Shown here in pieces: positions 37,001 to 49,045 of a stretch of 64,000 nt of DNA. Positions within the stretch are counted from its first letter, which is position 1. Each line of letters opens with the position of its first letter. Below the pieces are notes generated by a model. That model saw only the letters and a list, made by a program, of their open reading frames with translations, did not search any database and had not been told where the DNA came from. Source of the DNA: Paragordius varius (Eukaryota; Animalia; Nematomorpha); assembly GCA_964247055.1 (NCBI GenBank), contig OZ176053.1, forward strand, positions 2,418,001-2,482,000, in the 5' to 3' direction. Position numbers and translations under genes: made by a program.

Positions 37001-39158
37001 ATTATCACACCTTCATTATGGCACAACGCGCAAAGCAGTTTTGCAATAATTTTCCTTGGAAAATGGCATGACAAACGGGTTTTCGCAAAAATCATTGGGC
37101 GTAGATGCTGATGGCAAAATTTGAATCAATTAAATAATTGATTTCCTTAAAATTACATGAAACAGAGACCTATAACGTCACCCTATCAATTTTAAATATC
37201 TGTGCCAAAACCGTTTTACTCAACATGTTTTTTTTAAAATAAGTGAAACCATAAATAAAAGGAGGCGCTCAAAAAAATAATTCGGAATCAAAACTTAAAA
37301 CGGTTAAGTCTGATCCCTAGTGGATAGAGAGTATAATTATTAAAATCCAAATTACCAAAACAAATTCCGTGTAATAATGACGAACCAAGAGGGACGCTTT
37401 AATCACTTCCTTACATTCTTTCATGAGTTGTTTGGCACTCAATACCGATACCTTAAGAGGTTTTTGTTCAAGCCTAATCCTTAACCATTGGTGGACAATT
37501 TCAATGGGTATTCGAACGAGGAACAAATAGCAATTAACAAATGACACCAAGTTCATGGATAAAAATTCATTGCTATGGACACCGTATCGTTGGCAAACTA
37601 AATTATTGTGATGCTTTGGTGCAGTTTGGGATGAAAGAGTGGTTGTTTCACTTTGACAACCATACTTAACATCTAGCATGGGTATAAAAGCATGGATAGA
37701 GGGGAAAATACAAGTTTTTTGGGAGTTGCTTTCCTCAAGATAACTTTCATCAAGAGTTAGTGAACCAAGTTCCATGGAAGGGAGACATTGTGATTGTTTT
37801 GATCCACCAACAGAATTTGAGCAATAAAGATTGGAGGAAGGCGTTAGTGCAGAGGCAAGTTTCCTCAAAGGTAAATGCAATAAATTAATGAGTTGAAAAA
37901 TTAGTTTTGCCAGTGTACCATCCCTAATGGCATTTTCAACGTAGGCCTTAAATAGGGTTTCGGACAAGGGGCGGTCAGATGTAAAATGGGCCGTATTAAA
38001 ATCAACATTTTGATCCCCGACATATGGGGAATCAAAGAGAGTGTTAAGATATGGCCAAACTTTTGGATTGGATATTTGAAAAATTTGACCTAAAGCATTT
38101 AGCTTATATGCAATTATTCTATTCAAATTAACCCAAAGATTAAGAGTTTTTAGGCGAACGACAAATTTTTTGCTCTTGTATTTTGGGAAACGTGGTGAAA
38201 TCCATTTATTATGTGGAAACAATGATTCAAATTTATAGATCGCTTCCAAAAATTCCAAAATTTTGACCTTATTCGAATGAATAGCTAAAAGATCAATGTG
38301 AATGGTTTGAAGGATATTATGGAAACTTAAATCGAACATTTGGCTTCCTGGCATATGATGGAGACTATTAAAATCACACATTGGGCTCAATCGCAAATTA
38401 CAACATTGGATAATTATGGAAGAAAATTTAACTCTCAGCTGGCAGACATAATGATCCATTTGTGTTAAGGATCGGTCAAAAAACCATGCTTGTAATTCTA
38501 ACCATATAATGTCCCAAACTTTATTTTTCCATGACTGTATGGCGATTGTTTGATTAGATACAGTAAAAGATTTGTTTGTTTTAACGGAATCAATAGAATT
38601 AATTAATTCTTTTAAAGAATTGTCTGGATCAGAATGTTGAATTAAGTGTTGTGAATCTTTAGGTTTGTATTTTGTAAATCGATTTTTCTCAACATGTGGG
38701 CGTCGTCTTAATGCTGATTGCCTTTCTTTGTCAAATATGTTTCCGCAAACTTCTTGTTTGCAAACGAATTTGGGAATTATGGGTGGCTCATAATGGTTGA
38801 TTGGTACACTATCTAAACTTAAAAATGGTTTTTTATAAGTAATATAGCAATCTGGCCAAATCAAATCAATATCGTTTTCAAAATGTTTATCATCGTCTAC
38901 GTAAAGTTTTAAGGTGGGCTTGCGTTTCTTCAATTTTTTATGCTTTGGGATTATGTTAAACGGCTCGTCTTTGCCAAATTCATCTAAAAGTGGTTTATAA
39001 GATATGATTTGTGGATTAATTTCGGTTTCAAAAATTTTATCAACCAACTTATTAGCAATTGTAGATGAATATATTGAAGCATTTTCAAAGAAAAGATTTA
39101 AATCGGTCGATGACCAATTTACTAAATTTTCACAAAATTTCGCAAGCTGTGTATTCAT
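27268..39158 (-). CDS. MAP3K4: Mitogen-activated protein kinase kinase kinase 4 (MEKK4/MTK1/Ssk2-like), apparently full length
   Basis: N-terminal exon 39158-37356 (IWLELQAWF, RLKTLNLW, LRIRLEQKP..KQLMKECKEVIK); exon from 35157 (LQTEWNFIEKI); large exon ~34740-33210; kinase exons FRWQRGMKIGQGQTGKVYTAINMDTGELMAMKEI, HPNMVRYYGV, HRDIKGANI, LKLGDFG, GTPAFMAPE, DIWSLGCVV, GKAPWHE..RWTAGQLLEHPF*. An additional upstream 5' exon cannot be excluded. Confidence 0.95.
30944..31006. repeat. (TA)n microsatellite; similar tracts at ~2717-2776, 6088-6122, 6772-6795, 7200-7238, 14576-14636, 18950-19021, 26543-26584, 51216-51251, 57663-57699
   Basis: Direct inspection. Confidence 0.95.
31019..31300. mobile_element. 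Foldback-like MITE (family A) next to (TA)n in a MAP3K4 intron
   Basis: TACCATTTACAG.. / ..GAATTGTAAATGGTA termini. Confidence 0.8.
33893..38813 (+). repeat. Segmental duplication, copy 1 (at least 4.9 kb; copy 2 at 59080-64000)
   Basis: Direct repeat including introns and matching homopolymer lengths where checked. Confidence 0.97.
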
Positions 39159-39200
39159 AAGGTAATTAGCCACATGTTACGCTCCTTTTTAAATGATTAA

Positions 39201-39730
39201 CACTGGGATACAACACACTCATTTTAGTCCTCAGATTCAAATTGGGGTAGTTAAATACCCCAGGCCTGTTAATAAATACTTTAAAAAAGTATGGAAAGAA
39301 TCGAAACCATGGCAAAATTTTGCGCTTATATACATTAATAAACCGAAATATATAAAAAAATTTATTCAAAAATACTTGATATTATCAATTTAAGCTAAAA
39401 CCGAAAGGTAAAAATTTTGTCAACGTGCCATATTCTATTTCTATCAATGTTAGATGTAATTTTTATGAAAAATTTGCTTTAGTTTTACCCTTAAAATTGT
39501 ATGAAGACGATATTTTGCAAAAATATAAAATAAAAATGGCGTCCAAGTAGTTTGACATGGACTTTTTTTCAAAACAAAATTTTATCATGATATTTTGACA
39601 TATTTATATAATTATCAGGATAGATGCATAAATTTAAATCGGGACCGTTTCCTTAAGTAGTTTTTTAAAAATATTAATTTAAGTGTTAAGATAAGGCTTA
39701 ATTTTTATTTTCGCCATTCTTGAATAAGTG
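39201..39730 (+). mobile_element. piggyBac-like MITE (family D), ~40 bp upstream of the MAP3K4 ATG
   Basis: TTAA|CACTGGGATACAACACAC.. and ..AAGTG|TTAA; the right internal inverted repeat is lost. Confidence 0.8.
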
Positions 39731-40112
39731 TTAAAATAATTTTAGTTAGATTTTTTAGCTTTTGCGTCCTGCTCAAAATTTGTTTTAAAATTTTTGATTA
39801 ATAAGAACTTGTATTAGAGGGCTAAATTATATTAAAATTTATATTATTAACACATCAGTTTTTTCACTTTTTTGGCCTAGTTTACCTTTATGGATGTTTT
39901 ATAGCACAATGCTTAATTTTATAAATAAACTACTATTATGAAAGTTAATTTAGTTAAAATTTAATTTTAAACCTTCATAAATAAAATAATAGCTGATGAA
40001 ATCAAAATGCATCAAGCTTTTTTGGCAAAATTTAAGGTGCGATATTCTTAAAGTTAATTATTTACATTTTCTAAATCATTACATTTATTTGCTCTTGCAT
40101 TAAGGATATTAA

Positions 40113-40695
40113 CACTTGGATACAACACACTCATTTTAGTCCTTCGATTCAAATTGGGGTAGTTGGATACCCCAGGCCTGTTTAAAGTTAAATAATTTAC
40201 AAATTATGCAAGGAATCGAAACCATGGCCAAAATTTTGGATTTATATAACATTAATAAACCGAAATATATAAAAAAAGTTATTCAAAAATAGTTGATATT
40301 ACTTATTTTGAGTTAAAACCGAAAGGTAAAAATTTCGTCACCGTGACATGTGTTAAATTTTAAAATTAAAAAATATTACAAAATAAACCACCTTTTCTAT
40401 TTCTATCAATGTTATATGAAATTTATATAAAAAATTAGCTTTAGTTTTACCCTAAAAATTATATGAAACCGATATTTTGCAAAAAAAATTTAAAATAAAT
40501 ATGGCGTCGAAGTAGTTTGAGATGGAACTTTTTTTTCAAAACAAAATTTTATCAAGATATTTTGGCATATTTATATAATATTTATCAGGTTAAAGGCATA
40601 AATTTAAATTGGGACCGTTTCCTTCAGTAGTTATTTAAAAATTTAAATTTAAATTTAGCCTGGGGTATTTAGATACCCCAATTTGAATCGAAGTG
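40113..40695 (+). mobile_element. piggyBac-like MITE (family D), best-preserved copy, 583 bp
   Basis: TTAA on both sides, CACTT/AAGTG termini, 35-bp internal IR (40143-40177 vs 40658-40692, 31/35 match) placed asymmetrically. Confidence 0.85.
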
Positions 40696-43600
40696 TTAAA
40701 AATATTTAACCAATGGCGGCAAAAGTTTGGTGAGGTTTTTTATTTTAAAAATTTCAAAAAAATGTGTAGTGCGCCTAAAAGATAAAGAAAGTATATCTTC
40801 AAATTTGGTATCATAATTATATTAAAAAGGTAAGGGAATCATCAAAATTAATATGATTTTAGTATCTCAATGAATCTGCTAAATTGATAGAATTAACAGT
40901 ATTCCTAATATGGCGTTTAAAATTAAAGGGTATTAAAAAATAGCTTATGAAATATATGTATTCTTATAAGAAAATGTATCAGGAAGCTCTTACGAGTATT
41001 TAAAAAATTACTTAAACTTTTGTGGTAAGTACTCCATATGGCAAGATTTGCTAATATTTTTTTATATAACTTTTTGGGTGAAAGCTAGAGGCTTCATTCC
41101 AAAAACTATCACTTAAACTACATTTATAAAAACAATATTTTCAAGTAAAATGTTTTTATAAGTGGGCTCCAACAGTCCGCTTAAATGGGCTAGTCTATTA
41201 AAATAAAAGCAGTAATGCTGGGATTATGCGAAATTCAAATATATACTTAATTATGATATAAACTAATATATTTTGAAAAAAGCAAAATTTTTTCAAATCA
41301 GTTTGCAAAATTTTGTTAAGCCTACTTTTAACTAATTTGAGTCATGATACAAGCGATTTAATTCATTTTGACATATAAAATCACTCTTTCTATATATTTC
41401 GTTATGCTGAAAAATCCTATCACATCAGAGTTTTGATTAAAATATTCGTTCATCTTCAAATTTATGTTAGATCAATATTGTGTTTTTTTTCAAAAAAACC
41501 TAAATTTCTAAGCCAACTAATTAAATTAATTTTAGCAGCAAAATCTCAGAAAAATGCATGAGGATTAGGTGGTGTTTTGATTCTACAAGTGATATAAGAA
41601 AGTACAGTTTTGTGCTAACAAATTCATATCTGAAAATTGCAAAATTTTCTAACATTTAAATATCTTGAGGGGTATACTTCATCCAAAAAACGTCACCAAT
41701 TAATAAAAACTACATATAAAAATCAATATTTTATACATTAAATTTTGGATAGGCGCCCTGAGATCTCAAGTTATCGGACCGGTCCAAAATAAGCTATGAT
41801 TCATTTAAATAAAGGCGAAAGGGAGATTGCATGATAAAATTTTTTTAATGATATGGTGAATTATATGCTTAAAAGTAATTAGTGAAACGAGTTTATGGTA
41901 TTTTGAAGCATATTGGAAACGGTATGAACATTTTTTATTATACAGATAATTGTTATAGTTTAATGATACTGAACATATTGATTACCAAAAATTTAAGTTT
42001 AAAACTCATTTGCTTTTAAAATTGGTAAATTTAAAAGAATTAATTTATTGATATAATTTTAAGACAAGCGAATATTTAAATTAAATTTCTGAAATTATAG
42101 AAATATTCAGCATTAACGGATATAAGTGTTTCTATAACTCCTTAAATATTTATAAAATTCCCATCATGCTTCAAAATAGTAAGAAGTAGGCTTTAACAAA
42201 AATTTGTTACAAATTAAACTTTTAAACAAAGTATGCAATTTTTCAAGTTTTGATGACATAATATAGCACAGTGGTTTCTAAACCTTTTTTTGTTCACGCT
42301 CCATTTAAATAAATAAATGATTGTTCCTTCAATTTTTTACTAGATATTTTTAATTGCCCTAGGAGAATCCAGTTTTACATTTATATTTGGGCCAATGGGT
42401 ATTAAAATTTGTAAGGAAATTTGAGATAGTTTTTAATAACAGGTTATGCGCTTTTATCAAAAAATTCTCGATATTAAGATTAATAAAGTGATAGTTGAAA
42501 TATATTTATACCTCCTGTATTTCTGTCGGTATTTAATTTTATTTACGTTTGACAAAGATTACTGCAGTAATCGAAAATTTCCCCCAATAAATTCATTTAA
42601 TTTTAGCTGAATTATAATTTAAATTAATTTTTATTTTATTTGTCCGATTTAATAATTAATGTATTATTTAATATGATGGACAGGTCGAAATAAAGGTCGG
42701 AAACTGAATTCATTATTTTTCGCTCTTGAAATCCATAAACGCAGTTTTTCAAACGTTCGATTCTGCACAATTAAAATATTATAATTACTTGCAATTTTAA
42801 ATCTAAACTTGCCTTAATCCAAAAAAATAAAACTTCATTCTTCAATAGATCAGTGCTACTCACCAAAATGTTTTGACGGGCCGATGAAAATGATTTTTTT
42901 TAGTTTCACGACAAACAATTCATAGCTTCCTGTGCGGGTACCAATAAAATCGGAACATCTAAATTGTTGCGGGTATAGATATTTGGATAAAATCTTTTAC
43001 AAAATGGACTGTTTTAATTTTATCTAATATTTTATGACAAGATGTTATAGGCCAATCTAACGTCCTATGCCTTTGTCTTTTAACCTTTTTTAAAATATGC
43101 TGCTGAAATGTAAGTTCAAATAAAACAGAACTTTATATTACATATTTTGATATTATTTGGCACATCTTGCCAAAACTCAATATACCCTTATCATTTGCAA
43201 TATCTTCCAAATATCTCCTCTTAACTAGAATCATCGATGAAATGATGAAATGATGCGTATAATCAAAACCGCAGCATATATTTTAATAATAAAAGCAGAA
43301 ATTCTCCTCATAAATTAAAACTCTATAATTTAGAAATTACCAAATCAAACGGATTTTTAAATGCGGAAAAATAAATATTGCGTGCGCTTAAAATTTTGAA
43401 AAATATTTCTAAGCAACCTAAAAATAATTTCAATTCATAGCCTAAAAACCACTTTTAAGACCGCGGTTTGAATATAGATAGAGGCCGTAACATATTCCCC
43501 TTAGAGAGCGACCTTACATTAGTGTGAAAAAACAACTGCAGATGATTGGCCGATCATGTTTTGCATAAGCATTTTTGAATAATCTGGTATTACGAGCGCT

Positions 43601-43824
43601 AATTTTAATATAAGTACATTCTAGACCAGGGGAGTCTAACACAAATGGCTTGGGCCGCATTTTTGTATCAAAAAATCAGGCGGGCCAAATTCTAAAAATT
43701 GGGAATTAACAGTTTTATTAGATTTTAAACATGCGACTGTAAAATTTACTATTTATTTTATCATTATTGCTAGTTCGTTGCCGAAATTCGGAAAAAAACA
43801 TTCAGAAACGTTTATCAATATTAA

Positions 43825-44190
43825 TTAGATTCCGTAAAATTTTGTATTTGAAATTTCTCGCGTTCTGCAAAAATATTTGGAATGGACGCGTGTTGAACAC
43901 CCTTTCTCTAGTTTAAAAAAAGTATGATAGATATTTTGCCACAAGCAGCTAAAGGTTGTCTGTTGCACAAAACAATGTGTTCTTATGATTGATGCATTCT
44001 TTTTCGTGAAAATCAAAAAACCGGATCATGCACCAATCCATCTGTGGAGCACCATCGGTCAAAAGCCGTTTATTTTATCGCAAGATAAATAATTAACTTG
44101 TAAAAATTGTCAACAAAGCGAAGACATCAACAGATTTAAAAGTTGCCAATAATTCTTCTAAAAATAAAAAATCTCCGAATGAACCAGTAA
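43825..44190 (-). pseudogene. hAT transposase relic
   Basis: Frameshifted FLEELL..TDGAPQM..KKNASIIRTHCFV/RQPLAA, matching the hAT catalytic-region motifs TDGAxxM and THCxxHRxxLAA. A possible hAT C-terminal relic (EFW..ELTF..KR) lies at ~43000-43260 (weak). Confidence 0.7.
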
Positions 44191-44476
44191 AAACAAATTA
44201 GATGAAATGCGTTTCAATGAACAATACAAGAATGAATATTTATATTTTTAATCCATATATTTATAAAAATGAAAAGTTGTGGCTTTGTGATCTGTTTCCG
44301 GAAAACCGGTGGACCCATTCGAATCCAAACATCGAAAAAATATAATAATATAATATAAAGCAATTATCAAATAATAGTAAACACTATTTTAATTAACATA
44401 TATTTAGAGTAGTTTCTCCAGATTTTTCGCGCGTCACCCTTAGATGATTTTTCGGAGCTACTGACTTTAATATATA

Positions 44477-45085
44477 CCATTTTCAAGAGTGTCCTTGAAC
44501 ACTTCAAGTTGGTCCTAGAACATTTCAAGTTGGTCCTTGAACAGTACAAGTTGGTCCTTAAACATTTAAAGTTGGTCCTTTGACATTTTTGTTTTAACTT
44601 TTATTTATCAAATCGTACATAATACATCTATTTTATTGTTTTAAACCTATTTTCTATTATTTAACATTTAAATCGATATCAACTTTTAATCTTTGAGAAA
44701 CCGTATATCATTTAAAATAATTTTGGATATTTATTTTTAACACGAAATGAAAAAATATATAAGTTTTCTTGGTTATTAATTAAAATTTTTCATTAAAAAC
44801 ATTTAAAATTCAATAATTTTGTTCAATTGAAAAAAATTAGTTTGAAACAAAAAATTGGTTTTTAAATTAAAATTTTTAAATGAATAAATATATAATAAAT
44901 AAAGAAAATTAGGTTAATAAATAATAAAATAAATGCAAATATGGTTAAATCAAAATTTATAAATTTTAAGGACCAACTTGAAATGCTCAAGGACCAACTT
45001 GAAATGGGACAACTTGAACTGTCAAGGACCAACTTGAATTGGTCAAGGACCAACTTGAAGTGTTCAAGGACACTCTTGGAGTGCA
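44477..45085. mobile_element. Foldback-like element (family E) with inverted arrays of a 21-bp unit
   Basis: About five TTCAAGTTGGTCCTTGAACAN units at ~44482-44582, mirrored by AAGGACCAACTTGAA units at ~44968-45078; CAAGAGTGTCC/GGACACTCTTG sub-termini. Confidence 0.85.
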
Positions 45086-46425
45086 AATAATATATTAAAA
45101 AATTTATCGTAAAATCTCGGCATTTTTTGTTTCAAACTAGCCCATTTTAGGAGGACGAAAAAATTTAGGATTTTACGGACTCGTATCAAGCAATTAGCAC
45201 AAAGTGCTATATCCGCCCAACCCACGATGACAGATTGTGTTAGACCCTCGATTTCAAACGCAGTGTAAGAGAGCGAAAAAATTAAATTTTAATCCAAGAC
45301 TCTGAAATACAAAAGTACCCTAAAAATTTAAACCATAAAATACGAGACATTGTTCATTCCCTAAGATGATGCAACTTTAGCTAAATCAGGGGTAGTCAAA
45401 CGGTCGATTTTGTGACCGCAAGATTTTTAAACGGTTTATATAACAGAAAAGTGTTTATTCGTAGTATTTAATATAGCTAATGCACACATGTCATGTTGAC
45501 TAAATTACCATTGACTGAGACGCGTAAAAGCGTAAGAAGGCGGTAAGGGTCGTATTGTGAAGGTAAGGAGCAAGCCTATCACATTCTTTTTTAAAAACTT
45601 GAATTTCACCTTAAAAAAGTAATATCTAATATTTTTGAATGATCTTTTTATATTTCGGTTCATTAATGTTATATACGTCCAAACTCTTGCCTTTCATATT
45701 TTTTGTATTTGTCAATTTTAAACAGATATGAAATATCCAACGACCACTATTCGAATCAAAGGACTGAAATGAATGACTTGTACCCAAATGTTAATGTATC
45801 TATTAATCATATGTATTTTATTCATTAATTCATTTGTGATATTTAGAAAATAGTTTAAATTTTGGTATGGTTGAAAATCAGCCAGAAAAATACTAAAATA
45901 TATGTTATAAAAATGAATGGGAAAATTATAATCTTTATAATGGCTAATAAATGTACTTGATTGATATGCAACTCCACCTCTTTGCTTAAAAAATGTCTAA
46001 ACTAAGTCATTTACTACGCTTAAAATGAACTACTAATACAATTCTGATATTCTCAAATCAAAAATCGAGCTTTTTAAATAGCAACTAAATTCTCAGAAAA
46101 ACTGCACTGTAAAATATAGTATGGAGTAATCCACAAAATCTGTTAAATTATAAAGATCTTTGCCAAGAGTTACAATTCTATTTTTTACTTCAATCATCTA
46201 AAATTCGTCACAAGATACATAGTATATTATCTATTGTAATTTTATTATATTGAATAATTTAAATGTTTTAATGCGTGTTCTGTATCAACAATATTTATGT
46301 ATTTTAAAAAAATTAAGATTATATATATTTGTAATATTGATTTTAAATTGGCTTAGGGTGATGCCAATCCGTAAATATATAAATTGCATAATTTGCGTTG
46401 AAGTGATAAATAATTTTTTACTTAA

Positions 46426-46879
46426 CACTTCGATTCGAATTGGGGTATCTAAATACCCCAGACTAAATTTAAATTTTTAAAAAACTACTGAAGAAAACGG
46501 TCCCAATTTAAATTTATGCTTCTATCCTGAAATATATAAATATGCCAAAATATTTTGATAAAATTTGGTTTTGAAAAAAAAGTTCCATCTCAAACTACTT
46601 CGACGCCATTTTTATTTTACAAAAATTTGTAAAATATCGTCTCCATTTAATTTTAAGGGTAAAACTAAAGCTTATTTTTTATATAAATTACATCCAACAT
46701 TGATAGAAATAGAAAAAGCGGTTTTTTTTGTATTATTAATTTTGCAATTTGACATATGTCACGTTGACTAAATTTTAACCTTTCAGTTTTAGCTCAAAAT
46801 AAGTAACAAGTATTTTTGAATAAAATATTTTATATATTTCGATTTATTAATGTTATATAAGTGCAATGCCATGGTTTCG
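46426..46879 (-). mobile_element. piggyBac-like MITE (family D), inverted, interrupted; its other terminus is at 49067-49085
   Basis: TTAA|CACTTCGATTCGAATTGGGGTATC.. matches the right end of 40113-40695. AGTGTGTTGTATCCAAGTG|TTAA at 49067-49089 matches the left end. Confidence 0.75.
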
Positions 46880-48809
46880 TTTATAGGTTTGAGTAATGTT
46901 GCTTCAATCTTTTGGCATTACAATGGGTTTACACAACCCCTGTTAAAAAATAGAAAATTCCTAAAACATGCATACAAAATCAAAAGTTTTTTAGAAGTAG
47001 GTATGCATTTTATCCAACTATATTTTTTAGATTTATTTGAGTCATGGAAAACGAAATATTTGCATACTTTGTGAAATAAAAAATCTATCCAGTTTTTCAA
47101 ATTCTTTAAATTGGAGGATAAAAATGATGTATATATAACAAATTAGAATAATCGCATACACATCTTAGTGAACTAAGCTCTTGAATTATCTACATGTAAC
47201 ACCCAAAGCTTTTTAGAAGGTGTGCAATTGATTTAACCATATTTTTTAGATTTCGATGTCATGCGATCGAATTATCTGCGTACTTTTTGCATTTTGAGGA
47301 TGAAGCATTGAAGAATCTACTTATTTTATTGGATTTCATAAAATTTTTATTATTTGATATATAAAATTGTATATTTATGTTTATTGTCAATAAATATATG
47401 ATAAATTTACTTTAGTTGCAAGCGTCTATAAATCATTTTAATCCACAGTGCACAAAATCGGAGGCTATAAAAAAAATTATGATCAATCTAATGTAAAGTA
47501 TATTAGGAGTATCATGGTGCTTGGTTTTAGGTCTAACGAATAATTTAGAGTTATATTCAATTTTGTGGTATTTGTACCTTATCGAAAGGTTGCAAATTAG
47601 GCAAACTTATTTGGAGTCTACGCTCAAAATTCTAAACTTCATTTTGGTTTTCAAATATAGTTTATATTTAAATGATATTATTAAAGGAAATCAAACTTTG
47701 ACCAAAAAAACCCCTAAATATTTCCCCAAATTTAAAGCAATAGCTAATCAAAATTTTGAGAAATGTTAAACATCATGAAATTATATATAAAAAATGTTTT
47801 TGTGATATCTTAAAGCACCATAAAATACGATTACCAAAATTTTTAAAAAATCTATTATATTGTCAAATTCTAAATATGAAAAATATTATCGCGCATCGGC
47901 TTTTTTAAAAAACTGGCCCATTTTAGAGAAGTCGAAAAAGTTAAGTTGTGGCCTACGCTTAAAATTTTAAATTTTATTTTTGTTTTCGAATATAGTTCAT
48001 ATCATAATATAATGGTATTTTTAAAGGGAAGCATTTAGCTTTCACCAAAAAAATTTTTAAATTTGTATAATTTGCAACCTTTCGATAAGGAACAAATACC
48101 ACAAAATTGGATATAACTCTAAATTATTCGTTAGACCTAAAACCAAGCACCATGATATTCCTAATATACTTTATATTTGATTGATCATAATTTTTTTATA
48201 GCCTCCGATTTTGTGCATTGTAAATTAAAATGATTTATAGACGCTTGCAATTAAAGTAAATTTATCATATATTTATTGACAATAAACATAAATATACAAT
48301 TTTATATATCAAATAGTAAAAATTTTATGAAATCCAATAAAATAAGTAGATTCTTCAATGCTTCATCCTCAAAATGCAAAAAGTACGCAGATAATTCGAT
48401 CGCATGACATCGAAATCTAAAAAATATGGTTAAATCAATTGCACACCTTCTAAAAAGCTTTGGGTGTTACATGTATGTTCCAGATATATCAAGAGCTTAG
48501 TTCAAGATGTGTATGCGATTATTCAATTTCTAAAACCTATAAATAATTTGTTATATATACATCATTTTTATCCTCCAATTTAAAGAATTTGAAAAACTGG
48601 ATAGATTTTTTATTTCACAAAGTATGCAAATATTTCGTTTTCCATGACTCAAATAAATCAAAAAAATATAGTTGGATAAAATGCATACCTACTTCTAAAA
48701 AACTTTTGATTTTGTATGCATGTTTTAGGAATTTTCTATTTTTTAACAGGGGTTGTGTAAACCCATTGTAATGCCAAAAGATTGAAGCAACATTACTCAA
48801 ACCTATAAA
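46880..48809. repeat. Large inverted repeat: ~720-740-bp arms (46880-47599, 48068-48809) around a ~470-bp spacer
   Basis: Arms are reverse complements with scattered substitutions and small indels; the same short ORFs appear on opposite strands (46918-47100 - and 48589-48771 +). Confidence 0.95.
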
Positions 48810-48955
48810 TTATTTGTTAAATATACTTTACTTTCCCTCCTTCAATTTACAGAATCAAAAAATTCACAATATTTTTAAAGTTATGCCACTTTGAAATTTT
48901 AATAAGTCTACTAGGAGCAGACTTATGATGAATGTATTATTTTTATTCAAAAATG

Positions 48956-49045
48956 TAAGCATAAGGATTTAAGCATAAGGACGTAAGTATAAGGATTTAA
49001 GCATAAGGACGTAAGCATAAGGATTTAAGCATAAGGACGCAAGTA
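48956..49045 (+). repeat. Minisatellite: ~6 copies of a 14-mer with 28-bp higher-order period
   Basis: TAAGCATAAGGATT alternating with TAAGCATAAGGACG. Confidence 0.9.

Larger units (their letters stand above)
43627..45252 (-). mobile_element. Degenerate hAT (Buster/Charlie-like) transposon with a nested family-E element
   Basis: CAGGGGAGTCTAACACAA terminus preceded by TTCTAGAC (nnnTAnnn target); partial inverted copy TTGTGTTAGAC at 45235-45245; no matching right TSD seen. Confidence 0.6.

Noticed and set aside
39166-39393. Short ORFs in family-D elements (also 46250-46771, 50252-50820)
   Set aside because: Non-coding MITE sequence; no transposase motifs.
42268-42305. CAGTGGTTTCTAAACCTTTTT hAT-like terminus (also CAGGGGTAGTCAAAC at ~45387)
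   Set aside because: Solo ends without a recognisable partner or TSD; too little to call an element.
44482-45078. 21-bp repeat arrays (and 48956-49045) as CRISPR-like arrays
   Set aside because: Units are contiguous without unique spacers, form transposon arms or a minisatellite, and the context is eukaryotic with no cas genes.
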